Below, piece by piece: positions 1-9,016 of a stretch of DNA of 64,000 nt. The position numbers and the translations under genes were made by a program. Within the stretch, counting starts at the first letter, position 1, and each line of letters begins with the position of its first letter. The notes under the pieces were generated by a model. That model searched no databases and was not told the DNA's origin. It saw nothing but the letters and a program-made list of their open reading frames with translations. The stretch is taken from the NCBI GenBank assembly GCA_965228475.1, contig OZ245817.1, positions 3,104,001 through 3,168,000 of the forward strand, in the 5' to 3' direction. This stretch comes from Myxococcota bacterium. GTDB taxonomy: Bacteria > Myxococcota_A > UBA9160 > JAFDDA01.

Positions 1-2
1 AC

Positions 3-281
3 GCCCAGGACGGCATCGAAGAGATCCAGAAGAACGTGAAGAAGCTGGTCAACCGCGACGGCGAGAGCCTCGGGGAGTGGATCGCCTTCGCGCCGCCGGA
101 TCTCGACAAGATGGTGCAGCGCTCCGTCGAGCGCGTGATGAAGGTGCTCGACCTTCCGCGCCGCTCGGACATCGATGCGCTGAACGAGAACCTCGACCGC
201 GTCGCCAAGGCGCTCGAGAACCTCGGCGCCACGAGCGACGAGCGGGACACCCCGCCGCCGCCCTCGCCGGACCCCAGCTAG
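3..281 (+). CDS. Phasin/PHA-granule-associated family protein (5'-partial)
   Basis: The frame is open from the window edge. The C-terminus 'VERVMKVLDLPRRSDIDALNENLDRVAKALE' resembles the PhaF/PhaI-type 'L.lP.r.Di..L...ld.L' signature. Confidence 0.55.
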   Translation, partial: AQDGIEEIQKNVKKLVNRDGESLGEWIAFAPPDLDKMVQRSVERVMKVLDLPRRSDIDALNENLDRVAKALENLGATSDERDTPPPPSPDPS

Positions 282-303
282 CACGGGCGCCGCGGAAGCG
301 GCC

Positions 304-1290
304 CTACGACCAGACCGATTCCCGCTCCCGGACGACGTCGTCGACCATCGTCTGGATCTCCGAGCGGAGCTCTTCCGTCAGCCGCGAGATCAGGAGTTCG
401 TCCTCGACGGCGTCCACCCCGAGATCCCCGAGGGCGATGGGCGCACCGAAGCGGATGTGCCACTTCGAGGGCAGCGGCAACGCGCCCGCCGGGCCGAGCA
501 GCGGGAAGGTCGGCGTGACGGGAACGAAGGGCAGTCCGAGCGACCGTGCCATCACCTCGGCCTTGAAGAGCACCGGGTGGACCTCCTCGGCGCCGACGAC
601 GGCGACGGGAACGACCGGAGCTCCCGTATCGCGCGCCAGCCGGACCACGCCGCCGCGGCCGAAGCGCTGCAGGCGGTAGCGGTCGCGGAAGAGCTTCGTC
701 GCACCCTTCCCTCCTTCGGGGAACGCCACCACCCAGTGACCGTTTCGCAGGAGACGCTCCGCGTTCTCGCGGGAAGCGCGCACGCCGCCGATGCGCGCGA
801 GGGTCGGCTGCATGAACGGGAGCGTGATCAGCCAGTCGGCCACGAGGAAGCGCGGCAGCGGCGCCATCGGGTGTGCGCGGCTCACCACGTGGGAAATCAT
901 CAGGCCGTCGTAGGGCAGCATGCCCGAGCGGTTCGAGACGAGCAGGCACGGCCCGTCCGTCGGGAGATTCCCGAGGCCCTCGACGCCGATCCGCCACCAG
1001 CGGTCCTGGAGGAAGTCGAGCAGCGGGCGCGTCCGGCGGATCACCGCCTCGTCGGCGCCGAACTCGTCGACCTCGCCCGAACGTTCGGCGATGCCGAAGG
1101 CGTTCACGCGGTTGCGGAGCTCGTCGAACAGCGCCATCCAATCGAGCTCGGTGCGCTCGTCGCGTTCGCGGGCGCCGAACTCCGCGGCGCCGTCTCCGGT
1201 CTCGCGGAAACGGCCCCGGATCTCGACGCGCAGGTCGTCGAGGGCTTCTCGGAGTTCGCGGATGGCTTCCTGCCGCTCGTCGGGGTTCAT
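304..1290 (-). CDS. Lysophospholipid/glycerol acyltransferase family protein (Rv0502-like)
   Basis: Motifs 'LLVSNRSGMLPYDG', 'VAFPEGGKG', 'RFGRGG', 'PVVPVAVVGAEE' and 'LPLPSKWHIRFGAPI'. Confidence 0.85.
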   Translation of the reverse strand: MNPDERQEAIRELREALDDLRVEIRGRFRETGDGAAEFGARERDERTELDWMALFDELRNRVNAFGIAERSGEVDEFGADEAVIRRTRPLLDFLQDRWWRIGVEGLGNLPTDGPCLLVSNRSGMLPYDGLMISHVVSRAHPMAPLPRFLVADWLITLPFMQPTLARIGGVRASRENAERLLRNGHWVVAFPEGGKGATKLFRDRYRLQRFGRGGVVRLARDTGAPVVPVAVVGAEEVHPVLFKAEVMARSLGLPFVPVTPTFPLLGPAGALPLPSKWHIRFGAPIALGDLGVDAVEDELLISRLTEELRSEIQTMVDDVVRERESVWS

Positions 1291-1297
1291 GGCCTGC

Positions 1298-2272
1298 CTA
1301 GCGATAGCGCCGCATGCGGCGGGAGGAGACGAAGGAGATCCAGGCCTCCTTCGTGGTGTACTCGGGCTCGCCGAAGGCCGCGAAGCCGCGCTCGCCGTCC
1401 GCCACCCAGAGGTAGCGGAGGTAGTCGTAGAAGCCCGAGGGGTGGTCGCCCGTCTGGGCGCGCGAGGGGTAGTCCCCCATCCGGTAGAGCAGCGTCGCCG
1501 GCAGGCTCAGGTTCCGCTTGTCGGCGAGGCGGAGCAGCGTCGAGAGCGGCAGGACCCCGCGGCCGACGACGTTGTAGATGCCGGGGTGCGCCCCGAGCAC
1601 CGCGAGTTCGAAGGCCCGCACGTAGTCCTTCTCGTGGACGAACTGGAGGAGCGGGTCGTAGCCGAGCACCGTCGCGACGACGGGACGCTCGAAGTAGCGC
1701 ACGATCGAGTCCACGAACTCGGGCCCCATTACCCAGCACGATCGCAACACGGTGACGTCCGTGTCCGGGTGCCGCCGCTGCCAGGCCGCGAGCAGCCGCT
1801 CGGCCTCGACGCGGTCGTTCACCTGGTGGGCTTCGGGATGCCCGCGCAGCGGATGGTCTTCGCTCAGGAAGTTCGGGTTGTCGGGCCAGGGGCCGTAGAG
1901 CATCGTGCTCGAGGCGAACACGAGCCGCCCGACCTTGGCCGCCGCACAGGCGTTCATCACGTGCAGGCTGCCGATGGTCTCGAGCTCGTGGTCGGCTTCG
2001 ACGTCGCTCGAGGGCCCGCCGCGGAAGGCCGCGTGGACGACGGCGTCGACGCGCTCCTGGGCGAGCACTTCGGCGAGCCGGGCGTCGGCGGTCGGGTCCA
2101 TCAGGTCGACGCGCTGGAAACGGATGCGCCCCTCGAGGCGATACGGGCGGCGGACGTCGATGCCGAGCACGCGCACGCCGCGCGCGACCAGCCGCTCGGC
2201 CAGGCGCATCCCGAGGCTCGTGCCGAGCCCGGTGATCCCCACCAGGCGCGGTGCATCGCTCGGCAGCGTCAT
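1298..2272 (-). CDS. NAD-dependent epimerase/dehydratase family protein (Rv0501-like)
   Basis: Rossmann start 'VGITGLGTSLG', 'FASSTMLYG' and 'GYDPLLQFVHEKD'. ATG at 2272 chosen as start; the gene lies directly upstream of the acyltransferase. Confidence 0.8.
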   Translation of the reverse strand: MTLPSDAPRLVGITGLGTSLGMRLAERLVARGVRVLGIDVRRPYRLEGRIRFQRVDLMDPTADARLAEVLAQERVDAVVHAAFRGGPSSDVEADHELETIGSLHVMNACAAAKVGRLVFASSTMLYGPWPDNPNFLSEDHPLRGHPEAHQVNDRVEAERLLAAWQRRHPDTDVTVLRSCWVMGPEFVDSIVRYFERPVVATVLGYDPLLQFVHEKDYVRAFELAVLGAHPGIYNVVGRGVLPLSTLLRLADKRNLSLPATLLYRMGDYPSRAQTGDHPSGFYDYLRYLWVADGERGFAAFGEPEYTTKEAWISFVSSRRMRRYR

Positions 2273-2337
2273 CCCCGCCGGCCTCGAACCGTCGTCATGC
2301 CCCTGAACCCTCCTCGCGCGGAGGGTACCCTGTTCCG

Positions 2338-3396
<1,059 letters not shown>

Positions 3397-3555
3397 CCTC
3401 TTTCTCGATAAAAATCAGACACTTGAGGGCTCCCCGCCGGCGACCCCGGCGGCCCCTCCATCCTTCGCCCGCAGGGCGGCCGGACCGGCTCTCGGGACCC
3501 CTCCTGGCGGCCCGGAACACCGAGCCGCACGGCCCGCCCTGCCCCGGGCCCGGAA

Positions 3556-3604
3556 CCCCAAGATCTAGTGGCTGCGAACCCTGTGAATCCACAACATCTA
3601 GATT
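3556..3604. promoter_or_regulatory. Tandem NrdR-box-like sites upstream of mraZ
   Basis: CCCCAAGATCTAGTGG (3556-3571) and CCACAACATCTAGATT (3589-3604) both keep the C-w-A-n-A-T-n-T-w-G core of the NrdR box; their starts are 33 bp apart. Confidence 0.6.
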
Positions 3605-3627
3605 ATTGATTTCGCTAGAAAAAAGGG

Positions 3628-3691
3628 TTGCCAGGGTATAGGAGAGGGATGTACAACCCCAATCGAGGGATGAAGAGGGATCGCGAGGGAT
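3628..3691 (+). promoter_or_regulatory. Putative mra promoter with MraZ-type direct repeats
   Basis: TTGCCA (3628)-N18-TACAAC (3652). GAGGGAT occurs at 3644, 3665, 3675 and 3685, the last three with an exact 10-bp period. Confidence 0.7.
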
Positions 3692-3724
3692 GACCCCGCC
3701 GATCCGAGGCAGCCGAGGCAAGGG

Positions 3725-4177
3725 ATGTTTCAGGGCCACTTCTCCCACACGATCGACGGCAAGGGCCGTCTCTCGATCCCGGCGGACTTCAGAGTGCTGA
3801 TCCAGGGCAAAGGCAAGACCAAGGCGAAGACACCGACCCTCTCGGTGCTGCCCGACTGCCTCGCGCTCTACCCCGCCGATCACTGGGAACAGATGGCCGA
3901 CCAGTTCAACGACGCGCGCGCCATCGACCCGGAAGCCCAGGCCTTGAAGCGTTTCGTGCTCTCGAACGCGTACCTCTGCCCGATCGACAAGCCGGGGCGC
4001 ATCACGGTGCCCCAGGACATGCGGGACTACGCGGGTCTCGAGCGGGAAGTCACGGTGGCGGGCGTCGGCTCGCACATCGAGCTGTGGAACAAGTCGCGTT
4101 ACGAGATGGAGATGGCGAAGGTCCGCGTGAACTTCGACCGCCTCTCCCTCTCGGTGGCGCGGAGCCAGCAGAACTAG
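3725..4177 (+). CDS. mraZ: Division/cell wall cluster transcriptional repressor MraZ
   Basis: 'MFQGHFSHTIDGKGRLSIP', 'IDKPGRITVP' and 'HIELW'; first gene of the dcw cluster. Confidence 0.97.
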   Translation: MFQGHFSHTIDGKGRLSIPADFRVLIQGKGKTKAKTPTLSVLPDCLALYPADHWEQMADQFNDARAIDPEAQALKRFVLSNAYLCPIDKPGRITVPQDMRDYAGLEREVTVAGVGSHIELWNKSRYEMEMAKVRVNFDRLSLSVARSQQN

Positions 4178-4179
4178 GG

Positions 4180-4349
4180 AGTCTTCGTTTTAGGGGGGAT
4201 GGAGGGCTTTCCCGCCCTCCAAGAGAGAGAGTTGGGGTGTCCTCGGCGTCACCAAGACGGACGGGGAGTGTTGGGGGGCGCAAGCCGCCCGTCAGACGCC
4301 GGGGCACCCCAGACTCTTTCCCCGAAGACCACACCCACCCACGAAGACT
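4180..4349 (+). ncRNA. Candidate structured cis-regulatory RNA between mraZ and rsmH (position of the mraW motif)
   Basis: Nested helices: AGTCTTCGT/ACGAAGACT closing stem, hairpin TGGAGGGC-TTTCCC-GCCCTCCA, a long imperfect stem about 4224-4250/4295-4320, and a GGC-GCAA-GCC GNRA loop. Confidence 0.5.
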
Positions 4350-4379
4350 GTTCCACCGGGGCCGAGGAGGTCCCACCGG

Positions 4380-5339
4380 TTGCCGGATCGCTACCACCAC
4401 CGGCCGGTCCTGCTCGAGGAGACACTCTCCCTTCTCGCCCTCGAGCCCGGCGCCTGCGTGGTCGACGGCACCGTCGGTGGAGGGGGCCACGCCGCCGCGA
4501 TCCTCGAGCGGACGGCTCCCACGGGCACGCTGATCGGCCTCGACGTGGACGACGAGGCCTTGGGGGAAGCGGGTCGCGTCTTGCGGCCCTACGGAGAGCG
4601 GGCTCGGCTGGTCCGGTCTTCGTATCGCAGATTGAACTTGGTTCTCGAGGAGCTCGGGATGACCCGGGTCGACGCGATCCTGCTGGATCTCGGCGTTTCC
4701 TCTCGTCACCTGGACGCGGCGGAGCGAGGCTTCCGCTTTGCGCAGGAGTCGGCGGAGGCGACGCCGCTCGACATGCGCATGGACCGCCGTCTCGAAGAGA
4801 CGGCCGCGGACCTGCTCGCGCGCGCCACGGCGGAGGAGCTCCAGAGCCTGTTCAGCCGGTATGGCGAGCTCCCGGGCTCGCGCACCCTCGCCCGAGCCAT
4901 CTGCGAAGCGCGGCGCGAAGCCCCGCTGCGCACCGCGGCGGACCTGCTGCGCGTGATCGACGAGGCGGGGATCGGCCGCGGCCGGAAGCACCACCCGGCG
5001 ACCCTCGTCTTCCAGGCCCTGCGCATCGCCGTGAACGACGAGCTCGAGGGCCTGCGCGAGGGCATCGCCCACGGCATCGAGGCCCTCGCCCCGGGCGGCC
5101 ACCTCGCCGTGATCGCCTACCACTCCCTCGAGGACCGGATCGTGAAGAACGCGATCCGCGACGCCGTACGCGGCTGCCTGTGCCCCCCGCGCCAGCCCGT
5201 CTGCACCTGCGGCCTCGAGCCCACCCTCGAACGCACGACGCGCCGGCCCGTGATGGCCGGCGAAGCAGAGACCCGCGAGAACCCCCGCGCGCGCTCGGCG
5301 CGCCTGCGGGTGGCCCGCAAGCTGGCGGCGGCGTCCTGA
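4380..5339 (+). CDS. rsmH: 16S rRNA m4C1402 methyltransferase RsmH (MraW)
   Basis: 'HRPVLLEE', 'DGTVGGGGHA', 'DLGVSS', 'PLDMRMD', 'HSLEDRIVK' and 'NPRARSARLR'. TTG start preceded by GAGGAGG. Confidence 0.97.
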   Translation: MPDRYHHRPVLLEETLSLLALEPGACVVDGTVGGGGHAAAILERTAPTGTLIGLDVDDEALGEAGRVLRPYGERARLVRSSYRRLNLVLEELGMTRVDAILLDLGVSSRHLDAAERGFRFAQESAEATPLDMRMDRRLEETAADLLARATAEELQSLFSRYGELPGSRTLARAICEARREAPLRTAADLLRVIDEAGIGRGRKHHPATLVFQALRIAVNDELEGLREGIAHGIEALAPGGHLAVIAYHSLEDRIVKNAIRDAVRGCLCPPRQPVCTCGLEPTLERTTRRPVMAGEAETRENPRARSARLRVARKLAAAS

Positions 5340-5367
5340 TGACGCCGACCCGGGAGGAGGCTTCCTG

Positions 5368-5727
5368 ATGGCGACCCTGCTCGGCGCGGAGTGGATCGAT
5401 TGGGAACGGGAGCGCCTTCGCGCGTGGACGCGGGAGGCGCGGCGCTGGGTCGCGCCCTTCCTGGTGGGCGCCGCCCTGGCCGGCCTCGCCCTGGTCGCCC
5501 TGCGCGGGAACATCCTCCAGATGCGCTACCAGCTCGACGCGGCCTACCGCCACGAGAGCGAGCTCGCCAAAGAGACCGCCACCCTGGCCGGGCGCTACTG
5601 GGAGCTGCGGGATCCGTCCCGGCTCGGGCAGAAGGCCGGTCACGCCTTCTCCGTGCCCTCCTGCGTGGCGCGCGTGCGGCCCGACGGTTCGCGCCCGCAC
5701 TTCGACCCCGCCGAGTGTGGCCGATGA
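5368..5727 (+). CDS. ftsL: Cell division protein FtsL
   Basis: Lies between rsmH and ftsI; one TM helix followed by a coiled coil ending 'LRDPSRL'. Confidence 0.75.
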   Translation: MATLLGAEWIDWERERLRAWTREARRWVAPFLVGAALAGLALVALRGNILQMRYQLDAAYRHESELAKETATLAGRYWELRDPSRLGQKAGHAFSVPSCVARVRPDGSRPHFDPAECGR

Positions 5728-7487
5728 GAAGCGCCGATCTCTCGCGAACCGCAAAGCGCGTCGCCGCCGTACGGATCGTCCTCCTCGTCGCCCTCGCCCT
5801 GGTCGGTCTGCGTGCCGGATACCTCGTGAGCGACGACCGCGCGAGCGCACGGGTGGTCGGCCAGGTCGACACCCAGCTCCGCGTCCCCGCGACGCGCGGC
5901 GAGATCCTCGACCGCTCCGAGCGCCAGTTCGCCGTCTCGATCGACGCGCCGTCGGTGTACGCGATCCCCGCGGAGATCCAGGACGCCGACGCGGCCGCCC
6001 GCAAGCTCTCCCGCGTGCTCGACATCCCGCGCAAGACGCTGCGCAAGCGCATCACGATGGAGAGCCCCTTCGTCTTCCTCTCCCGCTGGGTGTCCGAGAA
6101 GGAGAAGGAGCGCATCCTCGCCCTCGAGCTGCCGGGCATCGGCATCCTGCCCGAACCCAAGCGCCTCTACCCCATGGGCACGAGCGCGGGCGCCGTCGTC
6201 GGCTTCATGAACGTCGACGGCGAAGGCGTGCGCGGCATCGAGCAGGCCGAGAACGATTGGCTCCAGGGCGCCATGAAGAGCTACCCGGTCGAGCGCGATG
6301 CGCGCGGGCGGAAGCTCCCGCGCGCGGGCGTCGACCCCCGGGCCACCGTCGGCGGCGACGTCCGGCTGACCCTCGACGGCGCGATGCAGGCGGCCGCCGA
6401 GTCCGCCCTGTTCGACGCCGTCGAGGCCCACGAGGCCGCGGGCGGGATCCTGGTGACGCTCGACCCGCGCACCGGCGACCTCCTGGCCATCGCCGAGGCG
6501 CCGGGCTTCGACCCGAACCGCTTCCGCAAGGCGGCCTTCGGCGACTCCCGCGCCCGGAGCTTCGTCGACGTCCTCGAGCCCGGCTCCGTGATGAAGGCCT
6601 TCCTGCTGGCGGGCGCCCTCGAACACGGCGTCGTGTCGCTCGACGAGGAGATCGACTGCGAGGGCGGGAGCTTCCGGCTCCCCGGCAAGACCATCCGGGA
6701 CCACGATCCTTACGATCGCCTCGATCTCGCCGGAATTCTGGCGCATTCGAGCAACATCGGCGCCACGAAGATCGCATACCGTCTCGGCGCCGAGCGACAC
6801 TTCGAGCTGTTGCGCGCCTTCGGCTTCGGCGTGCGCAGCGGGAGCGGCTTCCCCGGAGAGTCCTCCGGCATCCTGCGCAGCTGGGAGCGATGGCGACCCG
6901 TGGACCACGCCAACGTGGCATTCGGACAGGGCATGAACGTGACGGCCGTCCAGCTCGCGGCGGCCACGGCCGCTCTTGCGAACGACGGCGTCTGGCGCGC
7001 TCCCCGCATCGTCGAAGCCCGCCGGCGCCGCGGCCAGCCCTGGGCGCCGACCCGCCCGGGCGAGATGCGGCGCGTGGTGAGCAGCGCGACCGCGGCGACC
7101 ACCCTGGCCCTCATGGAGGGCGTCGTCGGGCCGGAGGGCACCGGGCGCATGGCGGGGCTCGAAGGCGTCGCTGTGGCGGGCAAGACCGGCACCGCCCAGA
7201 AGCTCGACGTCGAGAACCGCCGCTACTACCAGGACCGCTTCATCGCCTGGTTCATGGGCGTGGTCCCCGCCGACGACCCGCGCCTCGTGATCGTGGTCGG
7301 GGTCGACGACCCGCAGGGCCGCTTCCACAGCGGCGGCATGGTCGCGGCGCCGCTCTTCGCCGAGGTCGCCGCCCGCCAGCTCGTCCACCTCGGCGTCTTC
7401 ACCCGCCCCGCGCCGATCGCGAAGGCGAAGAAGCCCACGCAGCAGGAAGCCCGGCGGACCCCGCACGGACGGAGGACCTCGGGCTGA
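5724..7487 (+). CDS. ftsI: Penicillin-binding protein 3 (FtsI)
   Basis: N-terminal TM helix, 'RGEILDR', SxxK 'EPGSVMK', SxN 'HSSNIG' and 'KTGTAQK'. ATGA overlap with ftsL. Confidence 0.95.
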   Translation: MRSADLSRTAKRVAAVRIVLLVALALVGLRAGYLVSDDRASARVVGQVDTQLRVPATRGEILDRSERQFAVSIDAPSVYAIPAEIQDADAAARKLSRVLDIPRKTLRKRITMESPFVFLSRWVSEKEKERILALELPGIGILPEPKRLYPMGTSAGAVVGFMNVDGEGVRGIEQAENDWLQGAMKSYPVERDARGRKLPRAGVDPRATVGGDVRLTLDGAMQAAAESALFDAVEAHEAAGGILVTLDPRTGDLLAIAEAPGFDPNRFRKAAFGDSRARSFVDVLEPGSVMKAFLLAGALEHGVVSLDEEIDCEGGSFRLPGKTIRDHDPYDRLDLAGILAHSSNIGATKIAYRLGAERHFELLRAFGFGVRSGSGFPGESSGILRSWERWRPVDHANVAFGQGMNVTAVQLAAATAALANDGVWRAPRIVEARRRRGQPWAPTRPGEMRRVVSSATAATTLALMEGVVGPEGTGRMAGLEGVAVAGKTGTAQKLDVENRRYYQDRFIAWFMGVVPADDPRLVIVVGVDDPQGRFHSGGMVAAPLFAEVAARQLVHLGVFTRPAPIAKAKKPTQQEARRTPHGRRTSG

Positions 7488-9016
7488 TGCGACTCGCCGA
7501 GCTGCTGCAAGCCCTCGATGCAGAGCACGACGCCCGGCTCGACGGCGCCGACGCGAGCGAAGTGATCGTTCGCGGCCTGACCTACGACTCCCGGGCCGTC
7601 GCACCCGGGGACCTCTTCGTGGCCCTCGCCGGCGAACTCCACGATGGCCACGCCTACGTCGCCCAGGCCGCCAAGCTCGGCGCCTCGGCCCTGCTCGTCG
7701 AGAGCACGGAAGCCGCACTGCCGAGCGGCGTGCCGGTGATCCAGGTGCGGGACACCCGGCGCGCCCTCGCCCCTCTGGCGCGCCGCTTCTTCGGCGATCC
7801 GGCTTCGGAGCTCGACCTCGTCGGCGTGACCGGGACCAACGGCAAGACGAGCACCACCTACCTCGTCGAAGCCATGTTGCGCGAGGCGGGCCGGCGCGTC
7901 GGACTGATCGGCACGGTCGAGATCCGGCACCCGGGCTCGCGCACGACCGCGGTGAACACCACCCCCGAGAGTCTCGACCTCCAGCGCACGCTGCGCGCCA
8001 TGTGCACGAACCAGGTGGATGCCGTGGTGATGGAGGTCTCGAGCCACGGCCTGTCCCTCGGCCGCGTGGCGGGCTGCCGCTTCGCCGTCGCCGCGATCCT
8101 GAACCTGACTCCGGAGCACCTCGACTTCCACGGCGACATGGACCGCTACGCGGAAGCCAAGCAGCGACTCTTCCGGGACCACCTGCGCGAGGGTGCACGC
8201 GCCGTCGTGAACCTCGACGAGCCGCGGGCCGAGGCCTTCCTCGCGGCCGCGCGCGAAGCCGGCGCCGCGATCCTCACTACCGCGAGCAGCGGGGACGCGG
8301 ACGTCGTCCTCGAGGACGCGGACGTCGCCCTCACGGGCACGCGCGCGCGCCTGCGCATCGGCGGCGAACCGGTCACGCTGACGCTCCCGCTCCTCGGCGA
8401 CTTCAACCTCGAGAACCTGCGCGTGGCGGCGACCATCGTCCACGCCCTCGGGGTTCCCGCCGAAGCGATCGCGCGCGGGGCCGAGCACTGCCCGCAGGTC
8501 CCGGGACGACTCGAGCGGGTCGGGGACGATGTCGACCTGCCGACCGTCCTCGTCGACTACGCGCACACACCCGACGCCCTCGAGAAGCTCCTCCGCACGG
8601 TCCGCCCCCTCTCCCCGGGCCGGCTGCTCGCGGTCTTCGGCTGCGGCGGAGACCGCGACCGTACGAAGCGCGCGCCGATGGCCCAGGCCGTGGCCCGCCA
8701 CGCCGACCTCGCGATCGCCACGAGCGACAATCCACGCACGGAGGATCCGCTGGCCATCCTCGCCGAGGTCGAGGCCGGCCTCGACAAGCTCCCCGAGCGC
8801 TCCCTCGACGAGCTCGCGAGCGCGGCGAACGGCTACTGCATCGAGCCCGACCGCCGGACGGCCATCGAGCGCGCCGTCGCGGCCGCGCGAAGCGAAGACA
8901 CCGTGGTGATCGCGGGCAAGGGCCACGAGGACTACCAGATCATCGGCCGGGATCGCCTGCCCTTCGACGACCGCCGGGAAGCCCTGCGCGCGCTGGCCGC
9001 ACGGGAGGCCTCGTGA
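7487..9016 (+). CDS. murE: UDP-MurNAc-dipeptide:meso-DAP ligase MurE
   Basis: 'GVTGTNGKTST', 'MEVSSH', 'VDYAHTPD', the DAP-specific 'DNPR' and 'AGKGHEDYQ'. Confidence 0.97.
   Translation: MRLAELLQALDAEHDARLDGADASEVIVRGLTYDSRAVAPGDLFVALAGELHDGHAYVAQAAKLGASALLVESTEAALPSGVPVIQVRDTRRALAPLARRFFGDPASELDLVGVTGTNGKTSTTYLVEAMLREAGRRVGLIGTVEIRHPGSRTTAVNTTPESLDLQRTLRAMCTNQVDAVVMEVSSHGLSLGRVAGCRFAVAAILNLTPEHLDFHGDMDRYAEAKQRLFRDHLREGARAVVNLDEPRAEAFLAAAREAGAAILTTASSGDADVVLEDADVALTGTRARLRIGGEPVTLTLPLLGDFNLENLRVAATIVHALGVPAEAIARGAEHCPQVPGRLERVGDDVDLPTVLVDYAHTPDALEKLLRTVRPLSPGRLLAVFGCGGDRDRTKRAPMAQAVARHADLAIATSDNPRTEDPLAILAEVEAGLDKLPERSLDELASAANGYCIEPDRRTAIERAVAAARSEDTVVIAGKGHEDYQIIGRDRLPFDDRREALRALAAREAS

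Noticed and set aside
2307..2326. 7-6-7 inverted repeat ACCCTCC/GGAGGGT between the divergent epimerase and HDAC genes
   Set aside because: It is a single short GC-rich instance with no candidate regulator nearby, too weak to call an operator.
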